A stretch of 64,000 nucleotides of DNA from Vicugna vicugna (taxonomy: Eukaryota), in assembly GCA_013265495.1 (NCBI GenBank), contig MU059756.1, positions 20,607,735-20,671,734 on the forward strand. Direction: 5' to 3'. The position numbers and the translations under genes were made by a program. Of the stretch, positions 23,591 to 35,564 are shown piece after piece (position 1 is the stretch's first letter; each line of letters opens with the position of its first letter). The notes under the pieces were generated by a model. That model saw only the letters and a program-made list of their open reading frames with translations. It was not told where the DNA came from and did no database searches.

Positions 23591-26500
23591 CTTCCATGAC
23601 TCTATGGGGGCTCTCACTCCGAGATATTCATCTCTGCTCTGGAAAACAGAACTGAATTTGTCTGCAGAACATTTGGCTCCTGATGAGATTTGGCTTCCAA
23701 TAAGATCAAAATTAATGAACGGCTGCCTTGAACAAATGCAGAGAGGTTGAGAGCAACCTGGGTGTGCGCTTGTCAGGGGAGAAGACAGCATCTCTGGATT
23801 TATAATGTGCTCAGGAAAATCTATAAAGTAGGTAATCCACAGGCCCAGCAATTATAGAGCCACTTCTGGCAGAGATTTGGTGTTTTACTAGATATTACTG
23901 GAATATGGGAGAAGGGTGAGAACAATTTTATTTTCCATAGGCCTAGCCCTTCCCTCCGCCCCCAAGCCTGCATGCTAAGATTTCCCACAAGTCCTGTGCC
24001 AACGACTAAGCCTTGCCGTGCTTGTCACTAAACACTCTGGGGGCTGACATGTGAACTCTCCAGACCCAGGTGGCCCAGAACCCTCTCTGACTTAAGAAGA
24101 GGGACAAGGCCACACAAGATGACAGCCCCCTCTCAGTGCCTTCTCTGGCCATGCTGGCATCAAAGCACAAATTAGGCTTGGAAGAGTATGATCTGGAATG
24201 TCTCATCTGGCTGGTGCCCCAGGAACCCCAGACACTGTGTACCTCCTGTTCACACACTGTCACTTCTGAGTTAAGCTTAGGGAGGCACAGCCTCTAATTC
24301 CTCATATGGGAACATGCTTCTTTCAACTCAGAGTGTTCTGACACCCAGATTATAGGTGAGCCTGGAGCTGGGCTGGTCATCTGGTGCCAACTGCCTTGAT
24401 TTTGATTCTGATTGCTACCAGATATTGCATGTGCCAATGACTTGGATAATAAAAAAGTCTACAACCAGACTCACTCAGCCCCTGTAAGGCACCCTAGGAG
24501 CTCAGCCCATGGATTGTCTCAAGATAAGGGTATGGCATGCAATGATCTCAAAAACAGAGGGAAACAAAAATCTTGCAGCTCCCTGGCCATTCTCTGATAA
24601 CCTGATAGCAAGGTGTTGGGAGCGCCCAAAAGAGAAGGTTGCTGGAGGAGGAACAAAGGCACAGCCTTCTCAGGAGGTGTTCGGTTCCATCACACCACTG
24701 CTTTTACTTTTGTTTTCCCAGCCTCATGAAGAAAGGTGACACTCTCTGAGCTGTGCCTTCAAACAAGTTGTGGAGAAAATGTATCACTGCTCTTGAGACA
24801 CTGCTTCCAGAAGCAAGATGGGCACTTAAGCTCTGGTGATGAAATGGGAGCCTGCCTTCCCTCTGTCTGCCGCTGGCTGTGGAGGACCACTATGTGAGTC
24901 TAGAAGGTGAGACACATGCACTAGGCTGGGGGAGACGGGGTGGCCACTGCCTGCTGATGTGGTGCCTGCCAGCCAGCAACCCAGCTGTTCAACAGGAGTT
25001 TTGGTTCATACTTTCCCTCTCAATACCTGCAAATCCTCCTTAAGAGACCTAATGCAGCCAGGAAGGCACCTGGGATCCCCCCACTGTGACCACCAGGGTC
25101 TGTGAGCTTGGCTCCTCTGGGCACTCCTGACAGTGAGACGGAACCACTGGAGGATGTCAGGTGCTCGTTCTCACACTCTTCCTATGTACATGTACCATGG
25201 CCACCTTGACAACATCCACCTGCAAAGAGAGACTGGCAGCCAGAACACGATTTACTGCATGCCTGTATGCTGTCAAGTCTGATTCTCTGTCTGGAAGGTT
25301 AGTTCTATTTTTGAACATGGACAGCTTCGGCAAACTAGCTCATCATAGTCTATTATCGTCTTTCACAGCATTTCTTTTTTTTTTTTCCCTTTCTCTTCCT
25401 CTTTTCTTTCTAAAGACATATTTTGAAAACTGTGGTTTTCACTCCTAAGCTGTACATTAGAACCAGGAGATGTTATAAAATTACCAACGTGCCAGCTCTA
25501 GCCCCAGTTTCAGGTTAAATGCTTTGCTAGGGGGCGGCTACACTGGAATGAAACAGAGTATCAAACCTCAAGACATTAATCATGGAGTTGGAGACAGTCT
25601 CGATTCATCACAGCATTTCTTAAACATGGGAAAGCACCACGACTCTCGGAATGAGCAGAAACCAAAAACTCTCCAGATTTGCCTGTATTTCTCAGATATG
25701 ATTTTGACATTTTCTCCAACTTTAGCTTGGTTTAATTCCATACAGTGAAATTATGTCATGTACTTTGCTACCTTTGAGTTATGAGGAGACAGAAGGACAT
25801 GATCAAAAGGAAAGTTCCTTCTTTTTTTCTAGAAAAAAAAATGGATGCAAAATTGCCAAAAGAAAACATAACAGAGAACTAATTCTAAAATGCCTTTTCT
25901 CTTTGTGGTCAGCAGGACCATGTCAGGGGGTGGGGGCTGGTTTCACAATCAATTGCCATTTCAGTTAATTTAAGTGCCAGTATTATTTTCCCTTCCTTTT
26001 CTTCTTGCCTGCACACTGACAAGTAATCAGGGTATGACATGTACAAATTTCAAATCTCATTTGAAGTTGGGATGGTGTATCATTCAGGAAGCACAAAAGT
26101 CTTACTATAGAATACAGCACCCAAACACAGTGTGAGGCATAAAACCAGAACAAATCGAACATTTTATTTCCTGACCTGTACAAACTTGATTATCCAGACC
26201 TGATGTTTTAGTAATCTGATTTCCAAATGATGTAATGTTCTTTTCCTTAATTTTTCTTGAGACAAATGCTCTAATTTTATTTGTAGCATTTGGGGGAAAG
26301 TAAAGTTCAATGTCTAATTTTTCTGATCTATTTAGAGCTATTTTCCTCTGCTTTCTAGGAGACAAACAGAGAAACAGAAATGGGATCAAATTCTATAAAT
26401 AAATTATGGTTGGCTTGCCCTTAAATATTATAAACTGCTGAAAAGAAATGAAGTCATAGACGTATATTAATTTTATTTTGAAAGCTGGCTAAGAGATGGC

Positions 26501-27839
26501 ATTAAAATTAAAGAGCTTTGCAAGAAAGAAAATGAAATGAGGGGGAAAAAAATCCCTGCAAAGACTTTAGAAATAATGAAACACTTATATTTCCTTGCCA
26601 GCCTCTTCCAAGACATCAAGATCTTCTGTTTGCTGCTTTAGCCACAGTGTTGGTTCGGATACTTAAGAAACCACCAAAGTTGCAGTAAAAACTGACACCC
26701 TGTCAGTGTGTTGCTTAATACTGGTTACATTTTGCCTGATATTCAGCCACTATTTCACATTCTCTCTATATTAAAATATCCCCCAAGGAAAAAAAACCCC
26801 ACAAGTTAAATAACAGCAGAACAAGAGGACCTTACAGGTAGACCTGGATTTGCTTGCATTTTATGACCTTCTTTCATGTCCTTTCAGAATTTATTTAAGA
26901 GTTGGGAGAGTCAGAATGTGTTAGCTGATGAAATTTTTTTTGGAACCAAAACCAAAAAAAAAAAAAAAAAGAACTACTTTGAACTTGAGTTTTCATCAGC
27001 TCAGCTCATGTGCCAATGTCAACCTCTGTCAGCCCTCCCCACAAGCTTTCCCCATGACACAGTCTATCTCCCTGCAGACAGAGGTCTATGCTGCCCCACA
27101 GCCAAAGCCAGGTGAAGAAATGGGGCTATTGTGAAGATAATTTTAGGTCAGAACACAGGCCAAAAGCCAAGATGGCTTGATATTGCCTAGCTGTCCTCAT
27201 TTCATCACTTGGCTTTACGTGGAAACGCACTGCTCCAGGACTTACCCAATGACAAACAACCGTTGAATTGGAGTAATTTTTACTCCACCAAGAGTACACA
27301 CCAAGAGTAATGTGAAGGGGAGACTGAACATATCAATTTATGCAAAGCCCTGCAGACCTGGATCTGTTAATGTGGATGAATGTGCTGGACTGGCCAGGAG
27401 GAAAATAAAGCGCTCCTTTGGTTCATCCCTTGACTGAAGTGGCAGCTGTCTAGGGTTTGCCTTTGCACCACATGTAAAGTCCTTACTATTGCATGAGGAT
27501 CTTTTGACTGAAAAAAGAACTTCTGCTCTGAGAGAACTGCCTAGTGGACTCTAGGTACCAAACCACCTGTAAAATTAGATACCAAATCCTCAAAGCTTGC
27601 TGTCTCCAGATACTCAAGCCAATCAATTTGGGAGTAAATGGGCTCAAGTAACATCAACCTGGTAATGCCTGCAGCCAAGATCCAGATGCTGAATGTGAAA
27701 TCACAGGTAGAATCTGCTCTCAGGCTCAACATGCTTAGACCACGGATACAACCAAAACATCTGGACAGGCATCAAACAGAGTGGATGTTGGTAGAATAGG
27801 TGCCACTCAAATTGGAATCAGATGGTACTGGCATGACTG

Positions 27840-28320
27840 ATGATGACAAAGTCTCTCTCAACTTCAGTCAGTTTCCTCTGAGCCCTCTTCCTGACTGGAC
27901 CTCAACCTTGGGGCCCCTTCTGCCCCTCCCCATTCTGTCTTTAACCTGCCTAGCCCAGTCTTAGCAAGAATCCTGCCAAGTCAGTTTGGGGAGAATCCCC
28001 CACCTTTGACATCTGATCACTTTTGATACCTGACCAAGGTCCTCATCCCTCACCTTTGATGTAAAAGTCCTTGACTTGCTTTCAGCAAGATTCCTGCTAA
28101 GTTGGCTTAGTGAGAATCCTTCTACCCTGGATACCTCCTCTTACAGATTTTCTACTCACTGACCCCCTCACCCTGCTCCCTGGCTATAAGTCTCCACTTG
28201 TCCTTGTTGTATTCGGCACTGAGCCCCATCTCTCCCCTGTACTGACTCCTATTTCAATAGTCTCGAATGGAGACCTCCAAAGCATTTTAACAAGTGTCAG
28301 AATGATTGTTTTCTTTAATG
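27840..28320 (+). mobile_element. ERV1-class solo LTR (MER39/MER67-like)
   Basis: Internal repeats agcaagaatcctgccaagtcagttt / agcaagattcctgctaagttggctt, gacatctgatcac, TATA-like ggctataagt (~28183), terminal ttttaacaagtgtcagaatgattgttttctttaa. Confidence 0.75.
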
Positions 28321-28509
28321 GTGGTGACTGTCTTGCATTTAGAGCCAAAAGTCAAGGCATTTTGGTGACAAGAAATGTCATTGTCTGCTTAGCAGCGAGT
28401 TTTCTTTTTCACAATTATTTTGTTTGAATATACTCTAAAAAATCTTTAGTCATTTATTTTAGTTACTTCTCTTACTAGGTAACAAAGAGCCAATACTGAC
28501 TATTTTAGT

Positions 28510-29060
28510 TTTGAGGATTTATCTTTAAATAAACTGCTTATTATGGAATAATTTTAGATTTACAGAAAGCAGTAGCTATTTTAGTTATGAGGCTTTACCT
28601 TTAAATAAACTGTTTATTTTGGAATAATTTTAGATTTACAGTGAAGTTGCAGAGATGTCACAGAGAATGGCCAGATCTTCTCACCCAGTTTCCCAGCTGT
28701 TAGTGTCTTATTTTTGTCAAAATGAAGAAATTGTCATTAAATTTTAAATTTAATGAAAACTGGTATTAATTACACTTTATTTGGATTTCATCAGTTTTTC
28801 CATGTCCTCTTTCTGTTCCAGGATCCAGTCCAGGTACCACACTGAATTCAGTTTTTATGTCTCCAGAGTCTCGTCTGGTCTGTGAGTTTCTCAGTCTTTC
28901 CTTGTTTTCATCACCTTGACAGTCTTGAGTATTGGTCAGGTGTCCAGTAGACTATCTCCCAATTTGTGTTGGCCTGATGTTTTTTTCACTGGACTGGGGC
29001 TATGGGTTTTTGTAAAGAATTCTTGGAAATACAGGTATTTGGAAAGAATAACACAGAAGG
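28510..29060 (-). mobile_element. Old L1 (L1MC/L1MB-type) 3' end with local 66-bp tandem duplication at its boundary
   Basis: ttttggaataattttagatttacagtgaagttgcagaga..tcacccagtttccc..ctttctgttccaggatccagtccagg; repeat units 28500-28565 and 28576-28641 (5 mismatches). Confidence 0.8.
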
Positions 29061-29984
29061 GTCCTCATCATGAGATCACGTTTTCGTGATTGTTCTGATT
29101 GTTATGTATTGCAAATGTGGCAGCTTTTGCCCAAGGACCTTAGAGCAAGACTCTTCCCATTCCATAGCTATCCAAAGGAAACCCGCCACCCAAGGCATCA
29201 GTGAGGAATCTTACTGAAGAATTCTCATGGTGGAAGATTGGGGGACATAAGGAGGAAGTTACATGGCATATCACAGGGCACACATTCATGAAAATCCCCA
29301 CTAGTATCCATGTTTCCCCTTCTTTCAAAGGAAGCTCAGCCCATGTGGCCCCCACTTACTTGGGCAGCCTCTGAAGCCCACCAGCTCCAGCTCATCAGTA
29401 CCCAATCCCTCCAGCTCCCATCGTATCTGTCGTTACACCCACCAGCCTGTTCAGCAGAGGCCTTCTGAAGACCCAGCTGCGCTGAGGCGCCTGGTGACTG
29501 TAAGTAAGAAATATTTTTTTTCAATCACAGTAGCTTTTTTTCTTTTACACAAAAGAAAGATTTAAAAAAAAAACAACTTTTCTACCCACAATACAACACA
29601 CAAGGAATGGCATCCACACAGCGTCCACTCATGCAAGTTGAACTGGAGAGCCGAGCAGTTTCTTGGCCCTGGTGTTGGGGGGAGGGGCGAGGTGGGGGCA
29701 GGAGCTTATTTACCTAAACTTTCCATATTGGCTTTCTTCAAGGTCATGTTTCTAAGACAATCACAAATTTCACTTACTACTTTGCTTTAGTCGTCTGCCA
29801 CTTACTCCCGGCCACATCCTGACTAGTCTTTAAGCAAGACTTCCTTTAAGCCTTCCAGAGGAGAAACTAGCACAGAAATCTCAGGAGGACAGGTCATCAA
29901 TTCACTCACTCAACAGACAATTATTCCTTGTGTTTAGTTGCTAAGTCAGCTGGTCCCTACCTGTAATGCAGCTCTTTAAATATG

Positions 29985-30490
29985 ATTTATTTATGTTTTA
30001 ATTCAATAGATATTTTCTAAGCTCCTACCTAGTGTCTGAGACTGGACTAGAGCCTGGGATTGTGTAGTAACTAGAGCAGACACAGTCCCTACCCTCACAG
30101 AATCTATAGTCTAAGGAGATAGATATTAAACAAATAATCATAAAAATTAAGCATAATTTCAAGCTATGACAAGAATCACAAAGAAAATATTAAGGAAGGA
30201 GACAAGGAGACCTACTTTGTGTGAGTGTGTGACTTCAAGGGGTGGGAAGGAGCTGATCTGCTTTTTGAGAGTAGGGGTCAGGGGATGCTCAGCTAAGGAG
30301 GAGCTTTCACAGGAGGCCTGAGGGATGAGCAAGAATGAGCCAAGCTGACTGAAAAGCATAGCTCAGGCTGAAAGGAGGACATGCAGGCATGTTCTAGGAG
30401 CTGCAGACAACAGTGTGTCTGGAGCACAAGGACCCATAGGACCTCAGCAATCATGCAAGGCCAGGTTAAGACCGTGTTCAAGATTGTGAA
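29985..30490 (-). mobile_element. L2 LINE 3' region
   Basis: attcaatagatattttctaagctcctacctagtgtc..gcagacacagtccctaccctcacagaatctatagtcta. Confidence 0.75.
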
Positions 30491-31304
30491 CGCTGTCCTC
30501 CCTGCAGGGCAAGAGGTAAGTACCTCCTTCACTGCACGTGGGAGCACTGTGAGAATGGAGAATAAATATTTGCTAGCTGACCTGCTGGGCCTGCAACCCC
30601 CTCCCCCAGCCCACCCACAGCTCAGGAAGGAGAAGGAGGCAGCAAACCCACAGTTCAGCTCCCTGACGCCACAAGCCATTCCTCACTAGGGTCTGCTGCA
30701 GAGAAGGGCGGAAGCTTCTCTCTGCAGAGGAAGGAAAGAGCTATGTGTATAGACTGGGTCCCACAACAGTCCCCCTCAGCACATCTGCTTCTGAGTTCAA
30801 GGATAACGAACTCACTGGTTGCTACAAAGACTTGTATCTGCGCCCAATCATCTCTCCTTAACCAATGACTCTGCCAAATGGTTCAATCATCTCCATTTTC
30901 CAAGGATAAAGAATTTGGACTCATGTTCTGTAAATAGTATAAGAAGGTCCATTTTTTTATTGTTGTTGCACTTTGCTTTAACTACCTGGCAAAGGAACAA
31001 AAAGTAGAAATAGTATAAGAACAACAAAAAGGAATTAGTTACGAAAATAGCGACCTAGGCACTTTGTTCTACATGAGCTGCTGCCCATGTATGATATTTC
31101 CCATAAGCATTTGTCAAAACTAAGGACTAAGATATCCATCAATGAGTTAGGGATTATTGGGGATCTACTGGGGGTGGCAAGCATAGTCAAAAAGAAGGAG
31201 TAGAAATGTGTCTGGTGGGGAATAGAGAGATGGCTGACAGAGAGCATGATACTTGGGCAACTGGAACTTTCTAAAGTAGAAATGATAATCCAACCAAACT
31301 TTAG

Positions 31305-31430
31305 GATAATAAGAGCCTGGGCCAGAAGACCAGATCCTCTGCGTTCTGGTATTAAGTATACTGTTAACTATCTGTGTGACCCTAGGAAAGTCAATTTCCC
31401 TCTCTGAGCCTCCACATTTGTAAAATGGTG
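31305..31430 (+). mobile_element. MIR SINE fragment
   Basis: ctatctgtgtgaccctaggaaagtcaatttccctctctgagcctccacatttgtaaaatgg. Confidence 0.7.
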
Positions 31431-31522
31431 GGAGTATGGCAGCAGAGAAGAGTGAGGAAAGTTTATATAAATCTCTAAGGTCTCTTGTACGTTAAACATT
31501 TTATGATTCCGTAACTCTAGAC

Positions 31523-31712
31523 CTCCATTGTCTAATATTATAGCCTCTAGTCATGTGTAGCCATTTAGATTTGATAAAATTAAATACAACGAAAATTACA
31601 GTTTTTCAATAGCACTGGTCATGTTTTAAATGTTCAACAGCCAAATGCAGTAAACTGGCTGGTGCAGAAAGAGAACATTTCCGTCATCACAGAAAGTCTT
31701 ATTGAATAGCCA
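31523..31712. mobile_element. MER3 (hAT-Charlie MITE)
   Basis: ttgtctaatattatagcctctagtcatgtgtagcca..aaattaaatacaacgaaaatt..agaacatttccgtcatcacagaaagtcttattgaatagc. Confidence 0.75.
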
Positions 31713-31829
31713 TGTTTTTCTTTATAAAAGTTACTTGAGAAGTCTAATACAAACACTATTCATGCTTTCAGTTATTGATTTCATTGTAAAATTAACTATT
31801 GCTACCATGAATGCAGTTATTAGGAACTG

Positions 31830-32010
31830 ACATTTATTGAGTTCTACTATTGCTGGAATTGTAGCAATTAGGCTATTTTGATTTAATTCTCACAACAACC
31901 CCTGAGAGAGGTATCATTATTTGCCACATTTAATAAATGAGGAAAACAAGATTCAGAGTGACAATGTGTGTTGTCAGAACCACAGAAGGGGCAGAGCTAG
32001 GCCTCGAGCC
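31830..32010 (-). mobile_element. MIR SINE
   Basis: catttattgagttctacta..tttaattctcacaacaacccctgagagaggtatcattat..aatgaggaaaacaagattcagag. Confidence 0.75.
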
Positions 32011-34469
32011 CACTGACTGTAATCCAGAGCCCCCCTGATGGCTCACTTTGGCCCCGAGCTTAGTCTCTGGGCTCACTGTCTTATGGCCAAGCCCCATGGA
32101 TTCCTCACAACCCCCTGCTATGGACACTGGGCCTTTGCACATGCTTTGTCTAGGATGCCCTCCCTTACCCCCTTTCCTTTATTTGGCAACTTCCTATTTA
32201 TTTAAAAAAAATAACTCAAATATTACTTCTTCATCAGGCAAAATAGTTGCCCTGTCTGCTTGGGGTTTCCACTACACTCCATTTACACCTCGAGCATGGA
32301 GTTCACCAGGCTGCATTGTAGTCTCTTTTGCGAGTCCGGTCTCCCACCAGACGGTTAGTGCATTCAAGATGAAGAGTGTGCCCAGTACCCCCAGTTTAAA
32401 CAAGGTGATAAGTCAGTTTGCTAAACGAAAATGTTAAAATACCTTTTTAAGACTGAGTCACCACCTTTTCCTTCCACTTCATCCTATCGAGATGCTTTCC
32501 ATTTTCCCTGGAACTTGCGGTTTAGATGCATTCATTATCTGCAAGCAGAGGGCTCCAGGGTCTTCAGGCAGGGAGGACAGTTAAATACATACATGTATAA
32601 TCATTTTGCAGACAAGTAGTTCTTTCCAAGTCTCTGCAAGCAGGCTGTCTTTTACAGGCGAGGAAATACTATGATTTCCTACCAATTCTGGTGAAGTTCT
32701 GTCCACATTTTCTACCCTGCGCCAGGCCTGGGCAGTGCTCTGGGCCACCTGCCTATGGTGACAGAGGCCATTTAGAAATACTACAGGCCAGCAGGGTGCA
32801 GTTTGGCTGTTGTCTTGTTTTATCTCCTCCCCAAAGCAAAAGGACTGCAGCAGCTTTATAAAGTGATGTAAAAGTTATTCACAAGGACCTTTGTGCACAG
32901 TTAAAAAGACACATGGTCACCCCACACATTCTCCCTGGGAGCAGAACAGAATCCCTCTACTGCCTGCCACCCTTACCCCAGACAGAACATGGGAGAATAA
33001 AGTTATTCCTCCCTTCCCTGTCCTTTAAAGTCATACAGGCACCACTATTTAGAGTCATCCTTTTTTTCTTGCACATTTTAAAAAGGGCTGAGGTAGGTTC
33101 AAATCTAAAAAAAAAAAAAGAAAAAAGAAAAAAAAATCCAAACAACAAAAAGTCCTAATCAATCAACCTTACAAAGTCAGAAATATTATTAGAACAAAGG
33201 TTAGGAAGAGAGATACTGTTTATTGAAGACTTCTCATGTGTCAGGATTGTTCTGGGTAAATGAATCTCTTATAATCCAACAACCCCCAAAGATACGTTTA
33301 ATGATCGCATCTTATAGACGGAGGCATGGAAGCCCAGAAGAGACGTGTTGAATAACTGAAAGAGCGTGGGTTTAATGGCGGAGTGATCTGGGAGCCAGAA
33401 GCACTGTGGCTTTTGAGGAATTGTTGGACACTTCAAGTCTCCGTGTCCTCATTCAGAAACAGAGACCAACAGCACCAACCTTCCAGGGCTGTTGTAGAGC
33501 CAGATAAGAAAATGCCTGCAACGCACCTAAACACGATGGCCACATCTTACTAGGTTTAATGTTAGTTTCGCTTCCCCTCTGCTTGTCTGCTAAATGGCAG
33601 AGTTGGAATTCAAAAGCAGGATCATGGGCCCCAAACCAAGTTCTCTGCAGATCAGTAATGAAAACTTGTCTGAGCTGCTCCTCCACCTCTGTGGTGATGG
33701 ACTCAAACTAGCTGAATCTGAGTCATTCTTACCTTCGTACTGGGCAAAACACTCTCTGTTGTTTTATATATCTATGCCCAGATGTAAATCTTTTAGAAGT
33801 CAAAATCGAAACAAATCAATCATGCATCTCCCAGTCCACTGTAAGGTGCCTTCAGCACAGCCTGATCACAAAAATATCTTTTCCAGTCACTTAATGTCAT
33901 AGAACTACTTAGGAAAGAGGTTTAGCATTGGCAAAAGACAATAGAATAATTACTGGGTTTCAGTGCCTATGGAATTTGCAAAATGCCCATAAGACACAGG
34001 GAGAAATAATAGCCTTTTTAGCTTTCCTTGTCCTAAATCTCTCTCGTAGTCTCCCTGCTTTGAAGTAGGCTTTGTACACTTCTTGAAAGAAAAAAAAAAA
34101 AAAGAGCAAGTCCACAAAAAAAAAAAAGTTCTTGTGAAAAAATGTAGGCTGCATTTAGAACTGGGGAAGATCTCAGTCTTCATAGTTTTCTTGCTGGTCA
34201 GAGATATATTTGTCCTTGGCTTGGTAAGGAGAAAGATTCTGAAGTTTTAGAAAAAAAGTCTTCAAATTCATAATCCAGGGAATGCACTATTTCTCTTACC
34301 TTGGAATTTATTTTGCATACAGCTCCTTCTCCACTGCATGAGTCTCTGAAAACAGTCTCATCTGACAACATATTTCCCAGCCTGTGCACCCCTTCCCCAC
34401 CCCCAATGCCCTAAGAATACTGTAGAGACAGCTGTGCTACAAGGAACTGGCGCAAAGCGGGAGTTGTGA

Positions 34470-34660
34470 GATTGGCACTGAGTTTGGCTCAGTACCTTTC
34501 TCTGTGGCTTTGGACGTGTAACCTCACTTCTATGAGTCTTGATTTTTCTTGTCTGTAGAATGGGGGTCCTGGCTGGCTGCCAAGAGCTTGTGAGGACTGA
34601 GTCTCATTTTGCACCTGCAAGCTCTGTGGTGACCACAAGGTGCTATTTGAATGTTTTTAT
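34470..34660 (+). mobile_element. MIR SINE
   Basis: ctctgtggctttggacgtgtaacctcacttctatgagtcttgatttttcttgtctgtagaatgggg. Confidence 0.65.
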
Positions 34661-35404
34661 TAGAATTTAAGGAGCAGGAGCCTGAAGAACTGCCTGCTCA
34701 GGGCAGTATTTTCCATTTTTAAATCGACATGCATACTTGCCACTAGTCTAATTAATTTTGGATCAGTTTTTTTGGGTCCTAGAGTTTGAAAACTAACATA
34801 AGTGGCTTCCAGACTACTGAGCTATGTGTATTAAACTTGCTTTTATGCCATTCTACATAACAGACTGTGATGGATAAAAACACCAGCCCAGGAAGTCAAA
34901 ACACCCATGGCTGACTCCCAGGGCTCTCAGTGACCTTAGTGACACAACTCTGAGCCCTTCTGCTGCTCCCTGACACCCTGCCCTGCCATTCCCTTATATG
35001 TAACTTGAAAGGTCATTGTCTTTCTTTGTGAATGACCCAAGCTCGCACACAATGAGTGCATGTAAGAGCAGCCTGCACATTGGAAGCCACAAACCCAAGT
35101 AACTTAAGCTAGCACTGCTGTAGAGCAAGGACACCCTGAAGCACCAGACTACCCCTAGGAGCTTTATGAATTTCAAGGAAAGAGCAAGTCATTTAAGGAT
35201 CAAATCAATCAGAAAGTGAATGTTTGATGTTCTTGAACTTATTAAAACCCAGAGTTCAAGAACTAGATACAATCTATGGTTTTTCTCTCAAGGGAAAAAA
35301 AGGCACATCAGTTCATCCACGTTGGCTGCGATGTTTCCTGGACTTCCTGGCCCTGAGTGATGGATCATCTAAGTTGGGTAGATCTTGGGTTAAGAAGCTC
35401 TTTT

Positions 35405-35564
35405 AGCACAAGGAAATATACACAAAATGTTATGATAAATCATAGAGAAAAAAATGTGACAATGAGTGTGTATATGTCCATGAATGACTGAAAAATTGTG
35501 CTGAACACTGGAATTTGACACAACATTGTAAAATGATTATAAATCAATAAAAAAATGTTAAAAA
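35405..35564 (+). mobile_element. Young 5'-truncated camelid-type L1 insertion with perfect 13-bp TSD
   Basis: Nearly identical to the reverse complement of the 63343+ L1 end (gaatgactgaaaaattgtgctgaacactggaatttgacacaacattgtaaaatgattataaatcaataaaaaa). TSD aagaagctctttt at 35392-35404 and 35565-35577. Confidence 0.92.

Noticed and set aside
15000-30000. Exons of an antisense lncRNA within PARM1 intron 1
   Set aside because: Isolated plus-strand splice-like motifs exist, but no exon structure can be supported without transcript data.
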